DNA from: an uncultured Nitrospiraceae bacterium
GTDB taxonomy: Bacteria; Nitrospirota; Nitrospiria; Nitrospirales; Nitrospiraceae
Direction: 5' to 3'
DNA length: 64,000 nucleotides
Assembly (NCBI GenBank): GCA_963846575.1
Contig: CAWJWJ010000002.1
Span: 1,248,001-1,312,000, forward strand
A program made the position numbers and the translations under genes. A model generated the notes under the pieces. It made no database searches, was not told the DNA's origin, and saw only the letters and a list, made by a program, of their open reading frames with translations. Below are positions 37,626 through 47,539 of the stretch, piece by piece. Position 1 is the first letter of the stretch. Every line of letters begins with the position of its first letter.

Positions 37626-38356
37626 GGAGACATGCGATGACATGGTATGTCTCCGCGGCATTGTGGTGTGCGCTCTTACTGGTGGCGCCTTCGGCTGGTG
37701 ACGCGCGGGACCCTGTGCCGGCCTATGACCCGCTCGGGTATGTCAGCGACCACGCGGGAGTGATCGATGCGGAATGGCGCGAGCGAATAAGGTCGGTCTG
37801 CCAGGATCTCGAACGGAAGACCGGCGTCGAAATGGTGGTGGTCAGCGTGCCGTCGTTGAAGCCCTATGCATCCGCCAATGACTATGCGATGGGTCTGTAT
37901 CAAAAGTGGGGCATCGGCTCTGCTCAGGATGAACATGGAGTCCTGGTCTTGTTGTCGGTCCAGGAACGTCAGGCGGCTGTGACCATGGGACGGCGAATGC
38001 TGCCGGTGATGGGCGGCCAGGTGGTCGGCCAGGTGGGGCACGATTATCTGGATCCGGCCATCAAGAATGGCCACTTCGGCGAAGGCCTCTATCGCACGGT
38101 CGTGGGGTTGGCCTCTGTTTCACAGGAGATTCGTGTCGGTGCGATCAAGAAGACACACTTTCGCGGCCTCGGGTTTTGGATCACGATCTTTACCGTGAGC
38201 GGAGCCCTCTGGTTCCTGTGGTGGCTGAGCCGTCCTGATCTCCGGCATCCCTTTGCGCGCCTGCGGCGCGGAGAATACTGGGGAAGCGGACAGGGCGGGT
38301 TCGGCGGAAACTTCGGCGGGCTGGGTGGAGGAACGAATGGGGAGGGGTGGAAGTAG
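37622..38356 (+). CDS. TPM-domain (YgcG-like) membrane protein
   Basis: YVSDHAGVI, EMVVV, KWGIG..GVLVL, TM helix, Gly-rich tail. Confidence 0.88.
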   Translation: MRRHAMTWYVSAALWCALLLVAPSAGDARDPVPAYDPLGYVSDHAGVIDAEWRERIRSVCQDLERKTGVEMVVVSVPSLKPYASANDYAMGLYQKWGIGSAQDEHGVLVLLSVQERQAAVTMGRRMLPVMGGQVVGQVGHDYLDPAIKNGHFGEGLYRTVVGLASVSQEIRVGAIKKTHFRGLGFWITIFTVSGALWFLWWLSRPDLRHPFARLRRGEYWGSGQGGFGGNFGGLGGGTNGEGWK

Positions 38357-38544
38357 AGGAGGGAGTGGGTGTGCAGGCCTCTTGGCCGCCTCACGGCTCC
38401 GCCGGCCTGCGCAAATGTGACGCTCGTGATTCCCCGCGTCGCGCACATCGAGGAACGCGCATACGCGGCCCTCTCTCAATCAAACGACCAGCCAGCCTAG
38501 CAGTTGTCAATGCTGTGATTTTTGAATGGTTTGCCTCCTGCGTC

Positions 38545-38940
38545 CTACCGTGAAGGACCTTGTAACTGAGCCATCATGGCGGCCGGATCCCAGTAACCCC
38601 ACATCTGCTCGATCTTTCCATCGGGGTTGACTTCGAACACATCGATACCCTCGAAGGAAACCTCCCGGCCATTCTTCCCGGTACCGCGTCCCGTGAACTT
38701 CACCGCGACACGGTTGCCGGATGAGAACACATGGTCTTCCTTCAGTCCGAGATTCTGGAAGGCCTCGAGGACGCCGGCTAGAAATGCGCGCAGAGCGGTT
38801 TTACCGTGTAATGGCGCGGACGCCCCCGGCTCGTAGCTGATGGCCTGTTCCGCGAAGCAGGTTGACCATGCGTCCGGGTCCATGTTCCTGATGGCGGCAA
38901 AATACTTGGGGATCACCGGCGGGATTGGCTGGGATGCCAT
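38545..38940 (-). CDS. SnoaL/NTF2-like protein
   Basis: YFAAI..D...FA, GIDVFEVNPDGKI..YWD; AGGAGG RBS. Confidence 0.85.
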   Translation of the reverse strand: MASQPIPPVIPKYFAAIRNMDPDAWSTCFAEQAISYEPGASAPLHGKTALRAFLAGVLEAFQNLGLKEDHVFSSGNRVAVKFTGRGTGKNGREVSFEGIDVFEVNPDGKIEQMWGYWDPAAMMAQLQGPSR

Positions 38941-39312
38941 GTCGGTCCTCCTTTGTTAACCAACAGACAGGTTACTCGACGATGGGGACTGAGAATTCTA
39001 CTGTCACATGGAATACGAAATCCCTCCGGGCGTTGGACTTACTCGTCTCGGCGCATCAGTGCTTTTTTCAATGGGCGGTGATCGGCCGGGTAAGCATACC
39101 CCTGAGCGGATACAATTGACAGCAACCCGGCGGTGGGAACGGAGCATGTGGTTCTTTGCTGTCCCTTGCGCTAGACTTTGAAGAGGACAACAGCAACCAT
39201 TTCAGCCGTAGGTGCCGGACGCTGTATGAACCAATGCCCCTTCTCGGCAGGAGCGTTTTACGTAGAAACGAAGGCATATCGATAGGTCGGCCATTCGACA
39301 AGAAAGCGTCTT

Positions 39313-39687
39313 ATGATAGTAGAAGTCGAATCAAATGAGAATTGTGATGCCAGCCTCTTTGCCCGTTTCAAGGAGGCCGGCGCTCCTCGCGCCGTGGTGC
39401 AGATCCGGCTTTCAGAACGGAACCCTGCCGGTGAGTGGTGTTGGATCACCGGGTGGAGTGATGATCCGCGGACGCCCGTCTGCCCGGCCTACGTTCAAGT
39501 CGTTGAGGACTCTGGTTCGGGGCTGGCCCACCTCGTGTATGGCGGGCTCTATGGTCTACGATTCAAACCCGTGAGCGTGGATGAGCCTTGGAGTCTTCAA
39601 AGTCCCAATCAATGGGGAGATGCGTACCTCTCGCTGGCTGATGATCATGACCTGCGGTATGCCGGCTTCGATATCGCCTCGGGGTGA
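39313..39687 (+). CDS. Hypothetical protein
   Basis: 124-aa Trp/Cys-rich ORF. Confidence 0.6.
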   Translation: MIVEVESNENCDASLFARFKEAGAPRAVVQIRLSERNPAGEWCWITGWSDDPRTPVCPAYVQVVEDSGSGLAHLVYGGLYGLRFKPVSVDEPWSLQSPNQWGDAYLSLADDHDLRYAGFDIASG

Positions 39688-39930
39688 AGTCTTCGCGGAT
39701 CCCGGATGCCCTGTCAGAGTCTTACTCGGGCGTAAACAGACCGGACGGTTTCACCAGACAGATATGTCTATGTGAAAGCCAGTCTCCGGTCGCCACTGGT
39801 CTCGATGGAACCTTGTTGATCTTTGTGTTCGGGGTGTAGAATAGAATCTTGACAGTCCATGCTTCGGACGACCGGGGTATCTCCGGTCGGCTCATCAGCG
39901 AATGACCACCTTCAGCCTGGAGGTGCGTAT

Positions 39931-40119
39931 ATGTTTTCTGCCTGGAATCTCAACACGTGGATCGCGAGCCTGGGAGCGGTGCTGTTCATCGGCAGTCTTC
40001 TCACTGGTTTCGCTGCCCTTGTCACTGTCCTGATGTCTCGCGTCTGGAGAGAAGACCCGGATCTCGCAGACGTGCCTCTCTCGAGCCCTGAGACCAAGGA
40101 CATTCGCAGGGCCGCGTAA
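39931..40119 (+). CDS. Small single-pass membrane protein
   Basis: GGAGG RBS; one TM helix; ends RRAA. Confidence 0.6.
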   Translation: MFSAWNLNTWIASLGAVLFIGSLLTGFAALVTVLMSRVWREDPDLADVPLSSPETKDIRRAA

Positions 40120-40488
40120 CCCGCGCTCCGGTGCTCCCCCGCTCCTCAGTGTCTGTCGACCTAGGCCTGCACGACGCGTGCGGTGATGGCAAAGCGGGCC
40201 AGGGGAGCCACCTCCTGCACGGGTGTGAGGCGTTGAATCTGGTTTATGCGGCCCACCGAGCCTGGTGAGTGAATCCAGGCTCGGAGAGAACCTGACATCC
40301 GCGCCCGCCCGGATGATGAGAACAATAAGATGAAGAGCCTTATTAGGTCAGCCAACGGGATCGGGGGTTTTGATCGTGCTCTGGGAGAAATGCAGCGCCG
40401 CTATCGAACTGGGGAAAGTGGCGCGTGACCACAGGTTGCCTGAGCGTGCGGATCCGGTTGTATTGCCCCACAGAGAAGGGAGGCGACG

Positions 40489-40911
40489 ATGCCGTACAAC
40501 ATTGCCTCAAAAATTGTCCGTAGAGTGGTCATGATCGATGAGCACCGTTCTGTACTCGAGGCCGCGATGCTCATGGCCGAAGAGTTTGTCGGATCGGCAG
40601 TGATCACCAGCGCATCAAAAACGACCGGTATCTTTACCGAGCGGGACCTGATGATGCGTGTCGTGGGAAAGAAGCTGGATCCCGCAGCGGTCACAATCAA
40701 GGATGTGATGACGAAAGACATGGCCATCGTGAGTCCGAAGGACAGCGCGAACTATTGCTTGGACTTGATGAAGGCCTACCGCTGCCGCCATCTGCTGGTG
40801 TTCGAGGGCGAGGAGTTTGTCGGGGTTGTCTCGCTCCGGGATTTGGTGGCGCTACTCGTCGAGGAAAAGGAGGAGCTGATCGCCTCGCTCCAGCAATATA
40901 TCTGTTCCTGA
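40489..40911 (+). CDS. Tandem CBS-domain protein
   Basis: GIFTERDL, DVMT, RHLLV..GVVSLRDL. Confidence 0.92.
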   Translation: MPYNIASKIVRRVVMIDEHRSVLEAAMLMAEEFVGSAVITSASKTTGIFTERDLMMRVVGKKLDPAAVTIKDVMTKDMAIVSPKDSANYCLDLMKAYRCRHLLVFEGEEFVGVVSLRDLVALLVEEKEELIASLQQYICS

Positions 40912-41096
40912 CTTGGCTGCGGGTGTTTCAGGACGGAGGCGAACTAAGTCTCCGATGCGAGCAATTTATTCGTCGCGCGCGCTTACGCGGTCCTGCACCC
41001 GGAAGCATGGTGTGACAACGCGGGCAATTCATGGTCACTTCTTTTGCAAACTAGCGGCTCCATTCTTCCTCGATAACAGCAGCCCACTCGTGTGAA

Positions 41097-41350
41097 GTCC
41101 AGATCAAGCAGGCGGAACTCTCGGCCCTGTGAGCCTGAAGAACCTGTGTATCAAACCGCTGTCTGACCTTAAGCTCAGATAAACAGCGAGGATGCGGTCC
41201 TGTCTGCACGCATCTGAGGAGGTGTGGCCGCTCGTCACGGTTACGGCTTGTTAGATGAGGACCTGAGGTCCGGCATGCCGACGCCGCTTGGTGAGCGTGA
41301 TCGCGCGCTGGCAGGGGAGGTCGTTGAGTTAAGTCAGGCGAACGCTCACT
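41097..41350. ncRNA. Candidate structured RNA, family unassigned
   Basis: Dense inverted repeats in a roughly 510-bp gap between convergent genes (see findings). Confidence 0.3.
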
Positions 41351-41422
41351 TATGACGGGGGATCAGGGGTAGCCTATGCCGGTAGGGCGCCTGTCAACGT
41401 GGGGGGTGTGAGAATCGGCGGG

Positions 41423-41854
41423 TTATCCCCTTTTCGGGACCGTGCGTCCTTCTTCCAAGTCCTGCAGATCGGCCCAACTCGTGAGGTCGGTTCGCGCAGG
41501 GTCGACAGCATCGCGGTATTTGTTGAAAGAAGCCTGCTTCTCCGGCGTGGTCGGACCACGGCTGAGCATCATGCTGTTCCATTCCTCTAACTCAACCTGC
41601 CTGTGCGGTCGGGCCGTATGGCGAAACCACTGGGCGACCCCGTCGTCGGTCTGGTTGCCAGTCACCGCCGCAGTGAACTGTTCGGCAGTGATGCCCGCAT
41701 ACTCCAGAAGCCGATCGTCCATAGGGCAGGGATAGATATATTCGCCCTCGGTTCCCGCCAGCACGGCGCGGCATTTGTCGATCATGCGCCCGAGGTGCAC
41801 ATAACCTTCCAATCTGGCGCGCATGCTGCGCGGAAACCCCCGTCGTAAGTCCAT
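41423..41854 (-). CDS. DUF5069-like protein
   Basis: DL...PRS...GYVHLGRMIDKCRA...EYIYPCPMD; DLEEGR. Confidence 0.75.
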   Translation of the reverse strand: MDLRRGFPRSMRARLEGYVHLGRMIDKCRAVLAGTEGEYIYPCPMDDRLLEYAGITAEQFTAAVTGNQTDDGVAQWFRHTARPHRQVELEEWNSMMLSRGPTTPEKQASFNKYRDAVDPARTDLTSWADLQDLEEGRTVPKRG

Positions 41855-42531
41855 CAGGCCAGCAGCTTGTGGTTCTGGAACGTCATGGTCCGGACCATGA
41901 CCTCGCCGTTTTCGTAGGAAATGATGCGTCTGCTCGCCGGAAGATCAGAGTTGCCGACTCGCACATGGCTATCGGTAAAGCTCTCGCAATTGCGAAGTTT
42001 TCCATCCTGCGGGGCAAAATAGTACACCGTGTATTTTGTCGTCAGGTGTTTCTGGTCCTGGGTGGTGCTGCTTTCTTCCACGTTGATCGTAAACGCGACA
42101 TGCGGCATCTTGCGGTTGATCTGGGTGATGCGGTCGTTCTTGATCCGGTAGAACGACTGCATGCCGTCGCCATGCAGATCCAGCCGACGGCCTAATGGAT
42201 GGTCGGTGCCGGCCTCGAGCGTGAGGCGATGTTTGCCGTCCGATTCCTCGAACTTGCGTGGCGCCCGATGGACGGCAATCATGCCGATCTGTTCCTGCGC
42301 CCATTTCTGAATAGTTTCGTCCGGTAGCTGGACGGTCACCTCTCGCGGCCCTTTCACCACCACGGCTCCGCTGAGGACCTGTCCATTGGTATTGACCGTC
42401 AGGTCGGCGGAAAATCCACCAAAATCGGACTGCCACCTGGCGGTACTGTTAAAGGCCCGCTGGAGGAGCGCACGGGCTTGTGGATCGTCGGCAACGGCAG
42501 TGGCTGTATCGGTTGGCGTAGGGGCTTGCAT
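41854..42531 (-). CDS. DUF3386-like protein
   Basis: RAF..TARW...F.GFSA, HR..R.FE, S.YRIK...I.QINR. Confidence 0.7.
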   Translation of the reverse strand: MQAPTPTDTATAVADDPQARALLQRAFNSTARWQSDFGGFSADLTVNTNGQVLSGAVVVKGPREVTVQLPDETIQKWAQEQIGMIAVHRAPRKFEESDGKHRLTLEAGTDHPLGRRLDLHGDGMQSFYRIKNDRITQINRKMPHVAFTINVEESSTTQDQKHLTTKYTVYYFAPQDGKLRNCESFTDSHVRVGNSDLPASRRIISYENGEVMVRTMTFQNHKLLA

Positions 42532-42787
42532 AGGGACTCCTTTTCATCGTGAAATCTTAGAATGACATACGGAGATTATAGAAGGCCCGGATGCCCGTCT
42601 ACAACCCGCAATGGAGACCGGAGGAATTTAGTAAACGCAAAGCAGTGGCCGGAATCCTGAGAAATTCACTCCGATAGCCCAGTTTGGGTAGTACTGGCTA
42701 GGCTGAATCTGTTACAATGCGCGGCATTTCATCCGGCAATCCGGCCTGTCAGTCGAGTGAGTCTGGGTATCCCTGGAAAGGAGCGCT

Positions 42788-43135
42788 ATGGAGCGGCGAG
42801 CGGCGTCTCATACGGAAGAAGAGGAAATGAATCAGCGGCGTCGGCTGCTTGGATTGGCCCGCAAGGGCGATCCCAAAGCCATCAGCAAGCTGTTCGAGTT
42901 GTACCAGGTGCGTGTGTTGAACGGTGACATGTTGAGTAAACTTAACAAGTCGTACTATAAGGCGGCGGCGGCCCAAGAACAGAAGGGACCCCAGGCCAGC
43001 GCCAAGGCGGTCAAACCTCAAAAGTCCGCCCATGGGAGTCCGAAAGGCAGTTCTAAACCCTCAACAATTGTTGCGGCACCGGGGACGAAGCCGAAAGGCG
43101 CGAAGGCGTCGGATCAGAAGAAACGAGCGAAATAA
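42788..43135 (+). CDS. Hypothetical protein with a basic Lys/Ala/Ser-rich tail (start may be 42827)
   Basis: RBS before both starts; ARKGDPKA helix; low-complexity tail. Confidence 0.6.
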   Translation: MERRAASHTEEEEMNQRRRLLGLARKGDPKAISKLFELYQVRVLNGDMLSKLNKSYYKAAAAQEQKGPQASAKAVKPQKSAHGSPKGSSKPSTIVAAPGTKPKGAKASDQKKRAK

Positions 43136-43189
43136 ATGACCTCTGTCGAAACAATAGACACGGGTCGGGCCTCGTCTGCTGGGGGCCGC

Positions 43190-43483
43190 TTATTGGACCC
43201 CGACGCGTAGCCCTCCGCCTGCTAGCTTCTTTCCGATTTCCTCTGCCGCTTTTCGTTCTCCTGTATACACCGTGGCCTGGCCTTCATGATCGATGCGCCA
43301 GGCCAGCTCGAAGGCTCTGGATGAATTCATGCCCGGGATGCTCTTGCACAGCAGGGCGATCACCTGTTGATAGGTGTGGCAATCGCAGTTGAAGACGATG
43401 ACGCGGGCCTCCAGGTCGTCGCCCGTTCCCACGTCGGTCGTGTCGAGAGCCTCTGGGGTAAAAACAGGGGTAAGGGTGCTCAT
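43190..43483 (-). CDS. clpS: ClpS-like adaptor protein, atypical
   Basis: RVIVFNCDCHTYQQV, A...A.RIDHEGQATV..G...AE. Confidence 0.75.
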   Translation of the reverse strand: MSTLTPVFTPEALDTTDVGTGDDLEARVIVFNCDCHTYQQVIALLCKSIPGMNSSRAFELAWRIDHEGQATVYTGERKAAEEIGKKLAGGGLRVGVQ

Positions 43484-44208
43484 ACGGTCATCTCGTCGGG
43501 AGAAAAGTATAAAGGATGTTCACCGGAGATGTCGACATACTCATTGTGGAGTGTCACACCTTCTCGCTCCAGAGTGTGATTCAACAGTGTGAAATGCGAA
43601 CGGGAGTCAGTGACCGCTGACAGACTGTGAGTCTTGGCGAGACGAAGGGTATACACCTGCGCCGCGGCGGTCTTGAGTAGCGCCAATCCATATTCGAACT
43701 CATAGGCTTCCTCTATTCTGAGGACCGGTCTGGCTAGGGTCTGTAGGAGGGCTACGGTATAGGGACGGTCGCTGCGATCCGTTTCCAGGAGACGCAGCAA
43801 TGCCGCTGGGCCCGGTACGATATTTTGCCCAATGTGCATGGCGTGCGTCAGGTCGAAAAGTCCCCGTTGAAACCGGCGGTCGTTACGCAGGGCGGTATGA
43901 AAAAGTGTCCGCCAGTGACGGTTGCCAAGATCGCGGTCGACGTCGGCTATTGCCTGGGCGTCCAGAGCACCGCTCACGGGGTAGCCTTGCACCAGACGAC
44001 CGGATTCCACCAGGGTCGGGTGCTCGTCGCCCATGCGATCTTGATAGGCCATCGTGCCCATGAGGGGTGTGAGGCGAAGCGCCATGTAATCACGGAAATG
44101 AATCGAATGATAGCGAGACAGCAAGGCGTCCAAGGTTCGTGGGGCGCAGAGATGAAATGGATAAAACAAGGCACGGTGCAGGAGCGTGGGATTCATGGGC
44201 ATTGTCAT
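43480..44208 (-). CDS. Hypothetical protein
   Basis: Long ORF overlapping clpS start (ATGA); RALFYPF. Confidence 0.65.
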   Translation of the reverse strand: MTMPMNPTLLHRALFYPFHLCAPRTLDALLSRYHSIHFRDYMALRLTPLMGTMAYQDRMGDEHPTLVESGRLVQGYPVSGALDAQAIADVDRDLGNRHWRTLFHTALRNDRRFQRGLFDLTHAMHIGQNIVPGPAALLRLLETDRSDRPYTVALLQTLARPVLRIEEAYEFEYGLALLKTAAAQVYTLRLAKTHSLSAVTDSRSHFTLLNHTLEREGVTLHNEYVDISGEHPLYFSPDEMTV

Positions 44209-44242
44209 CGTCTGGCGGAGTAGGGCCCCCGGAGGCGACAGC

Positions 44243-44443
44243 CTACCAGTTGTCCATATCGATGACTTCAGTCGCATCCCAGAGGTTCTTCAACTCGGCG
44301 TCAGCACTGGCCTTTTCGCGATCCGCGTCGGTATCTTCTCCAAACCTTTTTGTCTGAACCGTCTCCTCCTGGTTTTCCGAGGGGCCGGTCTGCTCGACTG
44401 GCTGTCGCCGGCGGCGTTTGCTGGGGTCCATGTTGACAGGCAT
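44243..44443 (-). CDS. Small charged hypothetical protein
   Basis: AGGAGG RBS before ATG 44443; 66 aa. Confidence 0.55.
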   Translation of the reverse strand: MPVNMDPSKRRRRQPVEQTGPSENQEETVQTKRFGEDTDADREKASADAELKNLWDATEVIDMDNW

Positions 44444-44493
44444 GAGTCTTCCTCCTTTGACGCAATTAGTCTCCCCTCTACCGGGGCCGGAAG

Positions 44494-45669
44494 TCAATGT
44501 TCGGCTTGCTGTGCTGTCTGACGCTCCAGGCTTGCCAGCAGGGCGACCGCGACGCTGTCAGCATACCTCCGGCCTCTCGCGGTGAGCCGGACTTGCTCTC
44601 CGCTACGTGCCAGCAGGTCGTCCGCTACCAGCTCGTTCACTTTCCGAATGACTCCTGATAGCGCCATGGCATCAGTGCGCTCCAACGACACGCCGTCGAT
44701 CATGCGGAGTCCCAGGACCAGCCGTTCGCAACTATCGAGATCGGGCGCCAGTGGTTCGGACTCCTCCACTGGAAGCGCTCCGCTGGTGAGCGCCTGGGTG
44801 TAAGAGGCGAGATCGCTCACATTGCCGGCGCGCCGACCTCCGACGTAGGATTGCGCGCTCGGTCCCAAGCCGAGGTATTGACCGCCGGTCCAGTGGAGTC
44901 GGTTATGCCGGCAGGCATAACCGGGTCGGCTGTAGTTTGAGATTTCATATCTGCCGTAGCCTGACTCGTTCAGTATCTCCTCAGCCAGGTTGTCCATCGC
45001 GTTCTGAAGGTCTTCGTCAGGGGCGGGGACGGTTCCCCGTTCGATAGACATCCTGAGCGTAGTCCCTTCCTCGATGGTTAACGCGTAACAGGAGAGGTGC
45101 GTCGGGGCGAGGTCGATCGTCTGCCGGAGCGATGCAGCCCAACTCTTGAGTGTCTGGTCCGGGAGCCCATACATCAGGTCGAGATTGATGTTCGTAAACC
45201 CCGCCTTTCGCGCGGAGGCAACAGTGTCGACGGTGTTCAGGACCGAGCCGTGGCGTCCGACCCGCAGTAATTCTTCCTGGTCCATTGATTCCGCCCCGAA
45301 GCTGACCCTGTTGAAACCGGCGTCCCGTAATTGTGCCAGACCGTCGGCAGTCACCGAGTTCGGATGGGCCTCGACCGTCACCTCTGCATCGTGAGCCAGG
45401 CCGAAGGTGTGTTTGGCCGCCGACAAAAGGCTAATGAGTTGGTGAGGCGTCAGGGTCGTGGGCGTCCCGCCACCGAAGTACACAGAGTCCAGCGGTTCCG
45501 TTCCAAACCGGCCTGCGGCACCATAGGAACGTATCTCAGTAAGTAGCGATGATACGAAGGTAGCAGCCGCGCTGGCCTGGTGGATCTCCAGATAGAAGGC
45601 GCAGAAATGGCAGCGTCGGTGACAGAAGGGGATATGCAGGTACAGGCCCCGGCCGGCGGTCTGAATCAT
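44494..45669 (-). CDS. hemW: Radical SAM heme chaperone HemW-like
   Basis: YLHIPFCHRRCHFC, YFGGGTP, DLMYGLP, HLSCYAL, YEISNY, HN. Confidence 0.9.
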   Translation of the reverse strand: MIQTAGRGLYLHIPFCHRRCHFCAFYLEIHQASAAATFVSSLLTEIRSYGAAGRFGTEPLDSVYFGGGTPTTLTPHQLISLLSAAKHTFGLAHDAEVTVEAHPNSVTADGLAQLRDAGFNRVSFGAESMDQEELLRVGRHGSVLNTVDTVASARKAGFTNINLDLMYGLPDQTLKSWAASLRQTIDLAPTHLSCYALTIEEGTTLRMSIERGTVPAPDEDLQNAMDNLAEEILNESGYGRYEISNYSRPGYACRHNRLHWTGGQYLGLGPSAQSYVGGRRAGNVSDLASYTQALTSGALPVEESEPLAPDLDSCERLVLGLRMIDGVSLERTDAMALSGVIRKVNELVADDLLARSGEQVRLTARGRRYADSVAVALLASLERQTAQQAEH

Positions 45670-45675
45670 GATGGT

Positions 45676-45939
45676 TTATTCGTGCTTTGCGGTCGGTGAA
45701 AAGTCGCGGACCATGGCGACTTCAATTTCGTCCGCCGCGGAGATCCCGCGGTTTCGGACGTGAGCCTTCCACTCCGGATATTCCCGCAAGGTCTCGAACA
45801 GCTGTTTGATCAACACCGGCTTAATCTGCATTTCCCATTCGCGGAGCCACGCATGTTCGTCGTGAGATCCCTCATAGTCATCGGGAAACTGTGCTTCGAG
45901 GCTGATTCGAAACAAAAAAGATTTGTCTTCTGACCACAT
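45676..45939 (-). CDS. Hypothetical protein
   Basis: GGAGG RBS before ATG 45939 (MWSEDKSF). Confidence 0.65.
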   Translation of the reverse strand: MWSEDKSFLFRISLEAQFPDDYEGSHDEHAWLREWEMQIKPVLIKQLFETLREYPEWKAHVRNRGISAADEIEVAMVRDFSPTAKHE

Positions 45940-46020
45940 TGGTGGCCTCCCATGGGCTGATGATTGCGAAGTTGAACCGCGCTTACTTATAATATTGAAA
46001 ATTCCAAGGAGTATAGCCCC

Positions 46021-46248
46021 ATGCCCATCTTCGAGTACGTGTGCCACGAATGCAACCATCGTTTTGAACTGATCGTGCAGGGGAGTGCAGTCCCAGTCTG
46101 TCCGGCTTGTAAGGGAACGGTGCTGGATAAACAATTTTCCGCGTTCGGCGTCGGGGCGACCGGGGGCTGGCCTGTAACATCCGGGTCTAGCGGGGAGTGT
46201 GGTTCTTGCGGAGATCCGCGCGGGCCTGGTTCCTGTTCCACGAATTGA
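46021..46248 (+). CDS. FmdB-family zinc-ribbon protein
   Basis: MPIFEYVCHEC..FE..CPACK; Cys-rich tail. Confidence 0.9.
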   Translation: MPIFEYVCHECNHRFELIVQGSAVPVCPACKGTVLDKQFSAFGVGATGGWPVTSGSSGECGSCGDPRGPGSCSTN

Positions 46249-46266
46249 TCCCAACAGAGGCGCATC

Positions 46267-46587
46267 ATGGACGATTCTGAAGCACAAACAAACCGTGCGA
46301 TCGGAACCCTCGCTCAGTCTGACCCGCTGATCAAACTCCTGCAGGAAGTCAGGCTTAAACGGATGAGGCCTAGCGACCCGGGGTTACGGGCTGTGACGGA
46401 GTCCTGGGTGGGTGTCTACACGCAGGTCTTAAAGTCACAAGCATTCCACCCTACCGTGTTGGCCAGACTGAATCCTCTTCCCCGGCTGGAGGTACTCGTC
46501 GAGGCAGAGGTGTTGTCGTGGGATCATCCCGGCACCAGAGATCTTCGCGAATTGTTCGAACGGCTGATCGGTTCTTCTCCTCCCTAG
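46267..46587 (+). CDS. Hypothetical protein
   Basis: RBS and operon spacing. Confidence 0.6.
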   Translation: MDDSEAQTNRAIGTLAQSDPLIKLLQEVRLKRMRPSDPGLRAVTESWVGVYTQVLKSQAFHPTVLARLNPLPRLEVLVEAEVLSWDHPGTRDLRELFERLIGSSPP

Positions 46588-46602
46588 CAGGACCTACGAG
46601 AC

Positions 46603-47301
46603 ATGCGGTTGCTGATTGCCTTGGGCCTTCTGGTGCATGCTTGTTCGGGGCCGGCCGGGGTTTCGGCAGACACGTCGTTCGGTGTTCGTCCCCTGCAAGC
46701 GAGTTATGAGTCCGCCCTGGCCGTTCTTCCCTCTCCCGCCAGAATTTTGCTCGACTCGGCCGCGATTGAACGATTCCTCGTGGAATTGGACGGGATGCCG
46801 CCTGATTGGTCCAGAGTCTACGGGCAGGGACACCAGGACCCCGGCCATGACGAGCGATTATTTGCGCTGAACCGCGAACGGGATGCCCTGCGGGAGGGAA
46901 ACGCCGCCCTGCAGTCCTTGCTCACGGTTTCCTGGATTGGCGAACTCTCCGAGTTTGACGAGCAAGCCGGTGGATTTCGTGTGGCAGTCGGACCGAAGTT
47001 CCATGAGACCGGTTGGGGGATAGTGCGATTCAAATATGAAGACCTGCCGGCTAGACTCGTGGCTCTTGCGGGCGAATCAACCATGCGTCTGCGGGCGCGG
47101 TTGCAGGATGGAGAGCAGGTAGCGGTCGATGTCCTCCTAACCGGTCGGCTTATCCAGGAAGAATCTCTGGTGTACGACTTTTCGCATGAGGAGGAAGGCC
47201 GGGGGCTCATCATGCCGGTGGTTCGCGTGGAAGCGGTGGAGTTTGTGCTGAACGACCCGGGGGGGGCGGCAGAAATGACTGCTCCCCGGCTCCCACTGTG
47301 A
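46603..47301 (+). CDS. Exported hypothetical protein (possible lipoprotein)
   Basis: Signal with VHAC. Confidence 0.6.
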   Translation: MRLLIALGLLVHACSGPAGVSADTSFGVRPLQASYESALAVLPSPARILLDSAAIERFLVELDGMPPDWSRVYGQGHQDPGHDERLFALNRERDALREGNAALQSLLTVSWIGELSEFDEQAGGFRVAVGPKFHETGWGIVRFKYEDLPARLVALAGESTMRLRARLQDGEQVAVDVLLTGRLIQEESLVYDFSHEEEGRGLIMPVVRVEAVEFVLNDPGGAAEMTAPRLPL

Positions 47302-47539
47302 CGCATGCGTATTACGGGGCCTGTCTCAGGTAGGGGTAGGCGTGATGCAGACAGGATTCGCAGACCGTCGAGGATCTTTGATCACGCTTGCCGCTGCGGA
47401 TAGCCTTACGAGCGTCGCCAACTGTTCCGTCACTTGTGTCTTGTTTGTACTTCACACAGTGAAGGTAAGGGCGGTGGAGATGCCGCATTCAGACAGGAGC
47501 GATGCATCAACCCTGGAGTCGAATCTGCTGAAATAGTTC

